Assembly: GCA_947483975.1 (NCBI GenBank)
Contig: CANKOL010000006.1
Coordinates: 1-37,382, forward strand
Direction: 5' to 3'
Source: Sandaracinaceae bacterium
GTDB taxonomy: Bacteria; Myxococcota_A; Polyangia; Polyangiales; JADJQN01
Length of the DNA stretch: 37,382 nt
Positions 17,266 through 25,766 of this stretch are shown here, one piece after another; within the stretch, counting starts at the first letter, position 1; every line of letters begins with the position of its first letter. The position numbers and the translations under genes were made by a program. The notes under the pieces were generated by a model. That model was not told the DNA's origin, ran no database searches, and worked only from the letters and a program-made list of their open reading frames with translations.

Positions 17266-17655
17266 GTGAAAAGTCTCGCCGTGAAATACGAGCCCGAGTC
17301 GCGGTCGCTTCAGTTCGCATCCGCGGACGAATTGGACGCGTTTCATCGCGAGCTCACCGGTCTGCTCCGGGAGGTGACGATCTCGGTCAGCTCGACCACG
17401 AAAGACGCCAACGAGGCCCGCGACCGTGCCCGCGAAGTCCTGCGCGAGTTCAAGGTCGTGACGCGCATCCTCAACGCCATCCGCAAGCGCGCCGACCGCC
17501 CCGACCGCGTCGAACCAGGGCGCGCCGGGCCTCGCGTGGAGGCCGAGCCGGAGGGAGGCGACGCGGTCGTGGCGGAGCCCGCCATGAGTAGCGACGCGAG
17601 CGGTGCGTCGGATCCGGGGCCTGCTCCCGAGGTCGCGCGCTTGCGGCCGGAGTAG
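17266..17655 (+). CDS. Hypothetical protein (helical core, acidic/Pro-rich tail)
   Basis: Coding-like codon bias from GTG 17266/17281 within the 17149..17655 ORF. No recognisable motif; start uncertain. Confidence 0.55.
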   Translation: MKSLAVKYEPESRSLQFASADELDAFHRELTGLLREVTISVSSTTKDANEARDRAREVLREFKVVTRILNAIRKRADRPDRVEPGRAGPRVEAEPEGGDAVVAEPAMSSDASGASDPGPAPEVARLRPE

Positions 17656-17693
17656 GCCCGTGGCAGTGGGACGCAGTGCTCCGCCCGAGTGAG

Positions 17694-18092
17694 ATGTCGG
17701 CAGCTCGGCGCGCTCTGACCGGAGCGTTCGTCGCGCTCTGCGTCGTGGCGCAGCTCGTGACGACCGCCCACATGGTGCTCGTCCAGCACGCGTTCTGCTC
17801 GCTCGACGGGGAGGCCGTCGACGCCCCTCGGAGCGCCCGCCCTTCGGCTCCCTGCGCGCACTCGCAGGACGTCGACTCGCTCGGCACCGCTCACGACGAG
17901 CCGGCGATCGACGCGCACAACCACTGCGAGCTCGCGGTGGACCGCTCGAGCAGGTTGGCGCTCGCGCCCGCGCTCGCCGTCGTCGTGCAGGCGTCGGCGC
18001 TCGTCGAGAGCGTCCCCGCGCCTGTCTCCGTGAACCTCGCGCCCGGCGCGGGCGTCTTGCACTTCGCGCCCAAGACCTCTCCTCCCGCCTGA
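17694..18092 (+). CDS. DUF2946-like exported His/Cys-rich leader protein with C-terminal xSPP motif
   Basis: Signal-like N-terminus, 'AH...QHAFC', 'AHDE..DAHNHC', hydrophobic/Pro linker, ends APKTSPPA. First gene before an outer-membrane metal-uptake operon. Confidence 0.7.
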   Translation: MSAARRALTGAFVALCVVAQLVTTAHMVLVQHAFCSLDGEAVDAPRSARPSAPCAHSQDVDSLGTAHDEPAIDAHNHCELAVDRSSRLALAPALAVVVQASALVESVPAPVSVNLAPGAGVLHFAPKTSPPA

Positions 18093-18229
18093 CGCGCTCC
18101 CTGCGGGGAGTGAACGTCAAACGTCGGCTGGGCTCGCACATGCGGGTTCGGCCGACCAGGCATGGGTGACGAGGATTGGCCCGTCGCGCGCTGTTGGCGC
18201 GCGCGGCGCGGCTGTGAGCGAGGGTATCG

Positions 18230-19597
18230 ATGGAGCATCGAGGCGGTCGATTGGTTTCGCTGGTTTCGCTGGTTTGGCTGGGAGGCGTGTGTGCTGCGGT
18301 GCTGCTCACGAGCGGGCGGGCCCGCGCGCAGGACGCGGGGCCTGTGGTGGCCGACGCGGGGGTCGACGCAGGCGTAGCGCCGGCGACGCAGCCTGAAGAC
18401 GGGGCGGATGCGGCTGCGGGAGCGCCGGCGGACACCAGCGCGGAAGAGGCCGAGATCGCCGCCGAGATGGCCGCGATGCAGGAGGCCCAAGCGGCCGAGG
18501 GGGGCGGCGCGGACAGTCCTCCGCCGGCGAGCGAGTCGAGCGGAGCGACGGGTTCTTCGCGCGGCTTGAGCAACCTGATGAACCCCGCGATCAGCGCTGC
18601 GGGCACGCTCGTCGGTGGCTTCAGCTCCCGCGCGGACGGGACGGTCGGCGGCGCGCCGGATGATCTGCGCTCCGGGATCGACGTGCAGGAGGTCGAGATC
18701 CGCGCGAGCGCCATCGTCGATCCGTTCTTCCGCGCCGACGTCAGCATCACCGGAAACACCGAGGGAATCGCCGTCGAGGAGGCGTTCATCACGACGCTCG
18801 AGCTCCCACGCTTGACGCTCCGCGCCGGGCAGTTCGCGGCGAACCTCGGCCGACACAACATCCTGCACACGCACGCCTTCCCGTTCATCACCGCGCCGCT
18901 GCCGTGGCGCGCGCTGCTCGGGCCGGAGGGGCTGCGCAGCCCCGGCGTGTCGGCCGATCTGCTGTTGCCGCTGCCGTTCTACGCGGAGCTCAACGCGCAG
19001 GTCTTCGCCGGCGAGTGGTCGCTGCTCGAGGGCAGCATCCCGGACGACCCGCTCACCGTCGCCAACGAGAGCGTCCCCGACCGACGCAGCGACCGCGACC
19101 TCGCGTACGTCGGGCACCTGAAGACGCTGTTCGACCTCGGCGAGCCGACGACCCTCGAGCTCGGCGTGAGCTACCTGGGCGGTCGCAACGGCTTCGGAGG
19201 CTTCACGAACGTCGTCGCGGGGGACGTCACGCTCAAGTGGCGCCCGCTCGAGTCGGAGCGCTACTTCGGCTTCGACTGGACGACCGAGTACCTCTGGGTG
19301 CAGCGCGGCGAGGCGCCGAGCGACCGAACGACGGGCGGCGCGTACACGGCGATGCGCCTGCAGTTCGGGCAGCAGTGGTGGATTCAAGTCCGCGGCGCGC
19401 TGCTCGGGCTCCCCGCGGGGGACGCGGGGCGCGTCTGGCGCGCAGAGGCGCTCGCCGCGTTCGTCCCGAGCGAGTTCTCGGCGATTCGCCTGCAGTACGC
19501 GATCGAAGCCGATGAGTCCGGCGCCGCGCCGCCGGTCCACGAGGTCTTCGCGCAGATGGTCTTCTCGGTCGGCCCACACCCCGCACACGCGTATTGA
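18230..19597 (+). CDS. Outer-membrane beta-barrel associated with Zn/Mn-type ABC uptake operons
   Basis: Signal peptide ending ARA-Q, acidic linker, 'MNPAIS', 'VQEVE...AIVDPFFRAD', 'VEEAFITT..LP', 'GRHN.LHTHAFPF', 'PSEFSAIRLQY', C-terminal GPHPAHAY. Sits directly upstream of the binding protein and permease. Confidence 0.8.
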   Translation: MEHRGGRLVSLVSLVWLGGVCAAVLLTSGRARAQDAGPVVADAGVDAGVAPATQPEDGADAAAGAPADTSAEEAEIAAEMAAMQEAQAAEGGGADSPPPASESSGATGSSRGLSNLMNPAISAAGTLVGGFSSRADGTVGGAPDDLRSGIDVQEVEIRASAIVDPFFRADVSITGNTEGIAVEEAFITTLELPRLTLRAGQFAANLGRHNILHTHAFPFITAPLPWRALLGPEGLRSPGVSADLLLPLPFYAELNAQVFAGEWSLLEGSIPDDPLTVANESVPDRRSDRDLAYVGHLKTLFDLGEPTTLELGVSYLGGRNGFGGFTNVVAGDVTLKWRPLESERYFGFDWTTEYLWVQRGEAPSDRTTGGAYTAMRLQFGQQWWIQVRGALLGLPAGDAGRVWRAEALAAFVPSEFSAIRLQYAIEADESGAAPPVHEVFAQMVFSVGPHPAHAY

Positions 19598-19614
19598 TCG
19601 AAGGAGTGAACCCC

Positions 19615-20541
19615 ATGATTCGCAAAGCGTTCTTCGCAGTGCTCGCGCTCGGCGCCACCTGGCTCGGCGCATCTCCCGCGTTCGCCGAGCTTCGCGTCGT
19701 CACGACGACGACCGACCTCGGCTATCTCGTGCGCACGATCGGCGGCGATCACGTGCAGCTCGACACCATCTGTCAGGGCTCGCAGGACCCGCACTTCGTG
19801 CAGGCGCGCCCGAGCTACATGGTGTTGCTCAGTCGCGCGGACTTGGTCGTGGCCGTCGGGCTCGAGCTCGAGGTCGGCTGGCTGCCGTCGCTCGTGCAGG
19901 GCGCGCGAAATCCGGCGATCAACCCCGGTCGCCCCGGCTACCTCGAGGCGGCGACTGCCATCCATCCGATCGACGTGCCGACTGGAGGCGTCGATCGCTC
20001 GCGCGGCGACATTCACCCGTTCGGCAATCCGCACTTCTGGCTCGATCCGGCGAACGTGAAGCTCGCAGCGCACGCGATCGCCGAGCGCATGGCGCAGCTC
20101 GACGCGACGAACGCGGCGCTCTTTCGCGCGAACGACCGCGCGTTCGAGCAGCGGATCGACCGCGCGATGGTGCGCTGGACCGCGCAGATGGCGCCCTATC
20201 GCAACGCGAAGGTCGCGTCGTATCACGCGACGTTCAACTACTTCTTTCACCGCTTCGGGCTGAGCGCGATTGGCTATCTCGAGGACCGGCCGGGAATCCC
20301 GCCTTCGCCGGCGCATCTCGTGGACCTGATCCGGCAGATTCGGGAGCAGCACGTACCGGTGATCTTCCACGAGAGCTTCTACAACCGCTCGACCTCCGAC
20401 ATGGTCGCGGGGCGCTCCGGCGCGCACGTGCTCGCGCTCCCGACCTCGGTCGGCGGAGCGGCGGGCATCGGCTCCTACGAGCAGCTGATCGACTATCTCG
20501 TCTCGCACTTCATCGCCGGCATGGGGCAGGCGCACCCATGA
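19615..20541 (+). CDS. Metal ABC transporter substrate-binding protein, ZnuA/TroA family
   Basis: AAGGAG at 19601-19606 precedes ATG 19615. Signal AFA-E. 'VVTTT', 'QDPH', 'GLELEVGWL', 'HPFGNPHFWLDP', 'YHATFNYF', 'EDRPGIPPSPAHL'. Confidence 0.93.
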   Translation: MIRKAFFAVLALGATWLGASPAFAELRVVTTTTDLGYLVRTIGGDHVQLDTICQGSQDPHFVQARPSYMVLLSRADLVVAVGLELEVGWLPSLVQGARNPAINPGRPGYLEAATAIHPIDVPTGGVDRSRGDIHPFGNPHFWLDPANVKLAAHAIAERMAQLDATNAALFRANDRAFEQRIDRAMVRWTAQMAPYRNAKVASYHATFNYFFHRFGLSAIGYLEDRPGIPPSPAHLVDLIRQIREQHVPVIFHESFYNRSTSDMVAGRSGAHVLALPTSVGGAAGIGSYEQLIDYLVSHFIAGMGQAHP

Positions 20542-21368
20542 TGGACGCGCTGATCTTCCTCGGTCCGGCGCTCGCGATGTGCCTCGTGATCGCGAGCATC
20601 CACGTCTATCTCGGGATGCACGTGCTCGCGCGCGAGGTGATCTTCGTCGACCTCTCGCTCGCGCAGCTCGCGGCGCTCGGCGCGACGGTCGCGTCGCTCT
20701 GGGTCGAGGAGGAGGAGCCCGGCTGGCAGGCGCACGGCGCCGCGCTCGCCTTCGCGGTGATCGGCGCCGCGATCTTCGCGTTCACGCGGCGCGCGCGGAA
20801 GTACGTCTCGCAGGAGGCGATCGTCGGCATCGTCTACGCGGTGGCGAGCGCGGTGACCGTGCTCGTCGTCAGCCACTCGCCGCACGGGGCGGAGCACATC
20901 AAGGACATCCTCGTCGGCTCGCTGCTCAACACGACGTGGACGAACGTCTGGCAGACGGCGGCGGTGTACGTCGTGCTCGGCGTGCTGCAGGCGGTGTTCA
21001 GGCGCCGCTTCATCAGCATCTCGTGGACGCCCGACGAGGCGGAGAAGGAGAGCAAGTACGTCGAGCTCTGGGACCTGCTCTTCTATTTGCTCTTCGGCAT
21101 CGTCATCACGATCAGCGTGCAGTTCGCGGGGATCTTGCTCGTGTTCTCGTTCCTCATCGTGCCGGCGGTCATCACGCGGCTCTTCTCGAAGAGCATCCCC
21201 AAGCGGCTCTTCGCCGGCTGGGGAGTCGCGACGGCGGCGAGCGCGCTCGGCATCTGGGCGTCGTGGACGTGGGACTTCCCGACGGGCGCGGCGGTCGTCG
21301 CGGCGTTCGGCGCGCTCTTGCTCGTCGCGGGCTTGGCGCGGGCGGTCGTGCCGCGCGCGGCGGCGTAG
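20538..21368 (+). CDS. Metal ABC transporter permease, ZnuB/MntB (ABC-3) family
   Basis: ATGA overlap with the binding-protein gene. 'YLGMHVLAREVIFVDLSLAQLAALG', 'EAIVGIVY', 'GILLVFSFLIVPA', 'DFPTGAAVV'. Confidence 0.92.
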   Translation: MMDALIFLGPALAMCLVIASIHVYLGMHVLAREVIFVDLSLAQLAALGATVASLWVEEEEPGWQAHGAALAFAVIGAAIFAFTRRARKYVSQEAIVGIVYAVASAVTVLVVSHSPHGAEHIKDILVGSLLNTTWTNVWQTAAVYVVLGVLQAVFRRRFISISWTPDEAEKESKYVELWDLLFYLLFGIVITISVQFAGILLVFSFLIVPAVITRLFSKSIPKRLFAGWGVATAASALGIWASWTWDFPTGAAVVAAFGALLLVAGLARAVVPRAAA

Positions 21369-21394
21369 CGGCGGCGCCCCGGCAACGAGGGGCC

Positions 21395-21423
21395 GTAACA
21401 CGGAGCGTGGTCGCGCCGTCCAA
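21395..21423 (+). promoter_or_regulatory. Candidate ECF-sigma-type promoter (GTAAC-N17-CGTC) for the sigma factor gene
   Basis: GTAAC at 21395-21399, a 17-nt spacer, then CGTCCAA at 21417-21423. GTG start at 21429 with no SD directly before it. Confidence 0.45.
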
Positions 21424-21428
21424 CGCCC

Positions 21429-22349
21429 GTGAACACGACAACCACTCAGAGTGAGCGCGGCGCTCGGGTTCTCCCGAGGGTCTCCAAGACGGCTCTCGCG
21501 GCGGACACGAGCGAGAGCGCCCTGGCAGCCTACCTGCGCGAGCTGGGTAGGCACCCGGTGCTGACGTCGGACGAGCAGATCGAGATCGCGCGGCAGCTCG
21601 TCAAGACGGGCGATCCGCGGCTCGCGTCGCGCCTCGTCACGACGAACCTGCGGCTGGTCGTGAAGATGGCGAGGGAGCTTCGCAAGGGCGAGGTGCCGCT
21701 GCTCGACCTGATCCAAGAGGGCAACCTCGGGCTGATGCACGCGGTGAGCAAGTTCGACCCCGAGAAGGGCGTGAAGCTCACGACCTACGCGGCCTGGTGG
21801 ATCCGCGCGTACATCCTCAAATCCTCGATGCGCGACGCGCGCCTCGTGCGCCTCGGCACCTCGCAGACGCAGCGCAAGCTCTTCTTCAAGCTGCGCAAGG
21901 AGACCGCGCGGCTCGAGGCGCTCGGGCTCGATGCGTCGCCCGAGGCACTCGCGGCGCGCCTCGAGGTGTCGGTGAGCGAGGTCATCGACATGCGCGACCG
22001 GCTGTCTCGGCGCGATGTGTCGCTCGACGAGCCTCTGCACGACGATGGCGCGGGGACGGCGATCGAGGTGCTGCCGGCGAACGATGTGCGGTCCGACGAG
22101 CAGCTGGAGTCGGGCGAGCGCATCGGGCTCGTCGAGGCGTCGGTGCGCGAGTTCGGCGAGACGCTGACGGGGCGCGACCGGCTCGTCTTCGAGAAGCGAA
22201 TGCTCGCGGAAGAGCCGGTGACGCTGCGCGAGCTCGGCGCGCTCCTGAAGGTCAGTCGCGAGCGCGCGCGGCAGATCGAGAAGGCGATCGCGAAGAAGCT
22301 CGAGCGAGCGCTGCGGGCGCGCGTGCCGGCGGAGCTGCTCGCGGCTTGA
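21429..22349 (+). CDS. RNA polymerase sigma factor, RpoH (sigma-32)-like
   Basis: Region 1.2 'LAAYLREL', region 2 'NLRLVVK...DLIQEGNLGL..AV.KFDPEKGVKL.TYAAWWIRA', RpoH box QRKLFFKLR, region 4 'TLRELG..L.VSRERARQIE'. Confidence 0.93.
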   Translation: MNTTTTQSERGARVLPRVSKTALAADTSESALAAYLRELGRHPVLTSDEQIEIARQLVKTGDPRLASRLVTTNLRLVVKMARELRKGEVPLLDLIQEGNLGLMHAVSKFDPEKGVKLTTYAAWWIRAYILKSSMRDARLVRLGTSQTQRKLFFKLRKETARLEALGLDASPEALAARLEVSVSEVIDMRDRLSRRDVSLDEPLHDDGAGTAIEVLPANDVRSDEQLESGERIGLVEASVREFGETLTGRDRLVFEKRMLAEEPVTLRELGALLKVSRERARQIEKAIAKKLERALRARVPAELLAA

Positions 22350-22436
22350 GGGCGGGGCGCGCGCGGAGACGAGCCGCGCCGCCGCCTAGCTGAGCCCTGG
22401 TCGGCTTCTCGACGGCGCCGCTCGGAGCGCTGGCGC

Positions 22437-23079
22437 TCAGGACAGGGTGGAGCCGATGAAGGGGAGCGCGTCGGTCGAGTCGGAGAGCTTGCGCCCGCCG
22501 CGGTCGAAGAGCGGAGAGGGGACCAAGCCCGCGCGGTGCGCGCGCATCGTCGACGCGGTCTTCACGCAGTCGAGGCCGTACTTGAGCCAGGGAATCCGCG
22601 TGCTCGTAGGCAGCTCGTCGAAGGAGCGCGCGGGGCCGCTGACCTCGCCGATCGGGTAGCCGAGGTGAATGGACCATGTACTTCCAGAGTGGCATTCCGC
22701 CCGGGAGCGCGCCGCGCGTCAGCAGGCGCGAGCCGAGTACGACGTCGCAGCCGCCGAACGCGACCATCGACGCTATCGCGGGCACGAGCTCGGGCTTGTA
22801 GTGGAAGTCGGGGTGAACCATCACGAGGACGTCCGCGCCGAGCCGCAGCGCCTCGCGATAGCCGGTCTTCTGGGCGGCGCCGTAGCCGCGGTTCTTCGGG
22901 TGTCGAAAGACGTGGCAGCCGAGCCTGCGCCCGAGCTCCGCGGAGCCGTCGCTGCCGCCGTCGTCGACGAAGATCAGCTGGTCTACGAAGCCGCGCGGGA
23001 TGGCAGCGATGGTGCGCTCGAGCGTCGTGACGACGTTGGGGCCCGGGAGCACCACCGCGACCTTCTTTTTGCCAAGCAT
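22437..23079 (-). pseudogene. Glycosyltransferase family 2 (polyprenol-phosphate glycosyltransferase-like) with internal deletion and frameshift
   Basis: The N-terminal half is recognisable (FVDDGGSDG, NRGYGAAQKTGY, MVHPD, VVLGSR...GGMPLWKY). At ~22671 homology jumps frame to IHLGYPIGEVSGPARSF...KYGLDCVKTA, ending at TGA 22439-22437. The usual NRxLT...EYHTGYRA...F.FD block is missing. Confidence 0.8.
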
Positions 23080-23129
23080 TCTGGGGGTCGACGCGAACCC
23101 AGCCGAGGTACGCGCGAAGCGCGCAGAGC

Positions 23130-23455
23130 GACCGGCCGCTCGGGGCAGGCCCTCGTCGAGACCGATCGCACCGAGCGGTGGCCTGACGCTCGGGCGGAGG
23201 GCCTCGGCCCCGCGCCAGATCAGCGCGGGCCCAGCCGCGGGCGCCGTCTGCGGCGTCTCGCCGAGCGCCTCACGGAGGTGTCAGCGGCGCCCCCACCATC
23301 GCCTTCTGGACGACGAGCGGCACGTCGGGCGGCACGTTCTCGCGCACGCCGCCCGAGAGATCGTCGAGCACGACGACGTCGTGCCGACGCGCGCGGAGGG
23401 CACGCACGAGGTGCGCGCCGAGGAACCCCGCGCCGCCGGTGACGAGGACCGTCAA
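23130..23455 (-). pseudogene. NAD-dependent epimerase/dehydratase remnant
   Basis: TTG 23455 overlaps the upstream stop. Rossmann start TVLVTGGAGFLGAHLV...VVVLDDLSGG.REN, stop at 23272-23270 after 61 codons. A degenerate C-terminus-like segment (LREALGETPQT...IGLDEGLP) follows in another frame. Left boundary approximate. Confidence 0.75.
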
Positions 23456-25674
23456 ATCACGTCGATGAGCATCTGATAGGCGCCGCCCGGAGTGCGGGCG
23501 AAGGGATGGCGCACGCGCACGTAGTAGGTGCCCGCGGGCAGCACGGCGGTCGTCAGGGACGAGCACAGCATGGCGATGCCGGAGTTGTCGTCCGACGCGA
23601 GCGGCATCGGGGGCGGCATCGCGGCGTCGAGTGCGGTGCAGGACATCGCGCCGTCGAACACCTCGACGAGCGTGTCGGCGATGCAGCCGCCGGCGCCGTC
23701 GCTGGTCGTGATCGCGAGCCGCGCGGGGGCCGCGAGGTTGATCTGCACGGTGTCGTAGTCGGTCGCGCCGCCGACCGTCAGGTCGCCCGTGAAGAGCGTG
23801 TCGCCCGACGCGGGGCCCTGCGCGTCGCAGAAGAGGCCGTTCGGCGAGGTGTCCGCGATGGTCGTCACGGCGCTGCAGACGCCGCCGAGACAGGCCGCCC
23901 CGGTCGCGCAGCGCGCGGTCGTCGAGGCCGCGTCGCACATCCCGCCGGCCGCGATGAACGTGCCGAGCGTGACCGTCAGGTCGTAGGTGCCGGTGCCGTC
24001 CACGATGACGTAGTAGCGACCGGCCGCGAGCGCGCCGGTGGTCGTCTCGAGGCGGCGGTCGGCGAAGGTGTCGCAGACGAGGTCGGCGGTGGCGCCGCAG
24101 CTGCCCGCACCGCGGATGTACACGGTCGTCTGGAAGCCGATGCCGGCGCCCGTCGCCCGCGCCGAGAGGAAGCCCGGAGCGGCGAGGTCGACGTAGTAGA
24201 GGCGCTCGTCCGTGCCGCCGTCGCGCGCGCAGCTCGGGGCGAGGTCGCTCGTGACGCCCATCGTCCCGAGCGTCGCGTTGACCGGGGTGCCGGGCGTGAT
24301 CGCCGTCGCCGTCGCGCAGACCGCGGCCGCCGGGTCGATGCAGGTCTCTGCGCCCGCCGTGCCGGCGCAGCTGAGGCCAGTGTCGCAGCGGCTCGCGAAG
24401 CCCGTTGGGTCGCACGCGCCGTCGAGCGCCACGATGTCACGGAGGCGCGCGGCGACCTCGAACTCGCCGGTGGTGAAGCTCATCGCCGTGCCGTAGCCGT
24501 CGACGACGATGAAGTAGGTGCCCGTCGCGTTCTGCACGACGACCTCTTCGGTCGCGTCGGCCGCGCGCGCGTCCGAGCAGCCGACCGCGGAGCCCGCGTC
24601 GCCGCACGCCGTCTCGACGGTGAGCACGACGTCGAAGCTGTCGGCCGCGAAGTTCGTCGGCGTCGAGGTGACGACGAGGTCGTACGCGCCCGCGGGCACG
24701 GCGACGCTGAACACGCGGTCGGGAGCCGCGCCGTCGCTCGAGCAGGACGGGGCGTAGAGGTCCTCGGCGCCGACGGTCGTGCCGCCGGTGGCAGCCGCGC
24801 CGAGCGTCAGCGCGCGCGCCGCGTCTCCACAGATCGACGAGGGCGAGCGGCACGCGTAGGCACCCGTCGCGTCGGCCGTGCAGGTCGAGCCGTCGACGCA
24901 CGCGCCGGTCGCGCCCATCGGGTCGCAGGTGCCGCCGACGGGGATGCGCCGCGTGACCGTGATGCCGACCTCGTACGCGCCGGACTCGCCGCCTGCGCCG
25001 TCGACGAACGCGAAGTACGTGCCCGCGGGGAGCGCGCTGAGCGTGAGCGTGTCGCCCGCAGGCGCCGCCGCCGCGCAGCCGAGCTCCGTCGTGCGATCGG
25101 CGCACGCCGAGCGAACGTAGACGGCGGCGTTGAACGCCGTCGCGGGGAAGTCCGTCGTGAGGGCGACGTCCGACTCCTCGTAGACCGTGAACACGAACGT
25201 GTTCTCGCCGGAAGTGCCGCCGCCGCAGGAGCCGCTCGCGGCGCTCGCGACGCCGGTGGTGTCGCCGTGGAGGTTCGTCCCGGGGGTGAGCGTGCGGGGG
25301 GCGGCGCCACCGGGGCAGACGCTCGCCTCGACGTTGCACGTCGCGTCGCAGCCGTCGCCCGCGGTCGTGTTGCCGTCGTCGCACTGCTCGGGCGCGGTCA
25401 GGACGCCGTCGCCGCAGAGGGTCGCGGGACCGAGGTCGACGTCGACCCAGCCCAGGTCGATGGCGCCGAGGTCGGGATCGAACGCTCCGTCAGTGCCGCC
25501 GCCGTCTCGAGGCGGTCCGAGATCGCGATCGACGAACGGCGCGTCGTCGACGGCGCCGTCGGGCAGCTCACCGCCGCCGTCCGTCGCGACCTTGGATGAG
25601 GAGCAGCCGACGCTGAAGAGCAGCGCGGGTGCGAGGAGAGACGCGGCGAGAAAGACGATGGAAGTGCGGCGCAT
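23452..25674 (-). CDS. Cys-rich lipoprotein (740 aa) with one DUF4215-type repeat and four PPC-like beta domains
   Basis: GGAGG precedes ATG 25674. Lipobox FSVG-C. 'CGDGVL...EQCDDGNT..GDGC..TC.VE'. Repeated G(T/R)Y(F/Y)xxVDG and GTYYVRV modules separated by Cys-rich linkers. Confidence 0.85.
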   Translation of the reverse strand: MRRTSIVFLAASLLAPALLFSVGCSSSKVATDGGGELPDGAVDDAPFVDRDLGPPRDGGGTDGAFDPDLGAIDLGWVDVDLGPATLCGDGVLTAPEQCDDGNTTAGDGCDATCNVEASVCPGGAAPRTLTPGTNLHGDTTGVASAASGSCGGGTSGENTFVFTVYEESDVALTTDFPATAFNAAVYVRSACADRTTELGCAAAAPAGDTLTLSALPAGTYFAFVDGAGGESGAYEVGITVTRRIPVGGTCDPMGATGACVDGSTCTADATGAYACRSPSSICGDAARALTLGAAATGGTTVGAEDLYAPSCSSDGAAPDRVFSVAVPAGAYDLVVTSTPTNFAADSFDVVLTVETACGDAGSAVGCSDARAADATEEVVVQNATGTYFIVVDGYGTAMSFTTGEFEVAARLRDIVALDGACDPTGFASRCDTGLSCAGTAGAETCIDPAAAVCATATAITPGTPVNATLGTMGVTSDLAPSCARDGGTDERLYYVDLAAPGFLSARATGAGIGFQTTVYIRGAGSCGATADLVCDTFADRRLETTTGALAAGRYYVIVDGTGTYDLTVTLGTFIAAGGMCDAASTTARCATGAACLGGVCSAVTTIADTSPNGLFCDAQGPASGDTLFTGDLTVGGATDYDTVQINLAAPARLAITTSDGAGGCIADTLVEVFDGAMSCTALDAAMPPPMPLASDDNSGIAMLCSSLTTAVLPAGTYYVRVRHPFARTPGGAYQMLIDVI

Positions 25675-25766
25675 GAGTTCCTCCGAGAAGCTCGAGCGGC
25701 GCCAGCGTAACACGGAGGGAACGCGCGCCCATTGCTCCGCCGCGGCGCCTCGCCGCAGGAGCGAAC

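Noticed and set aside
18252..18281. 9-bp tandem TGGTTTCGC repeats in the barrel's signal peptide as a phase-variation tract
   Set aside because: The unit length is a multiple of three and there are only about three copies, so slippage would not switch the frame.
18230..19597. Beta-barrel as the MtrB-like porin for the multiheme cytochromes
   Set aside because: Its motifs and tight linkage to ZnuA/ZnuB-like genes point to metal uptake. It is smaller than MtrB-type porins and lies in a separate transcription unit.
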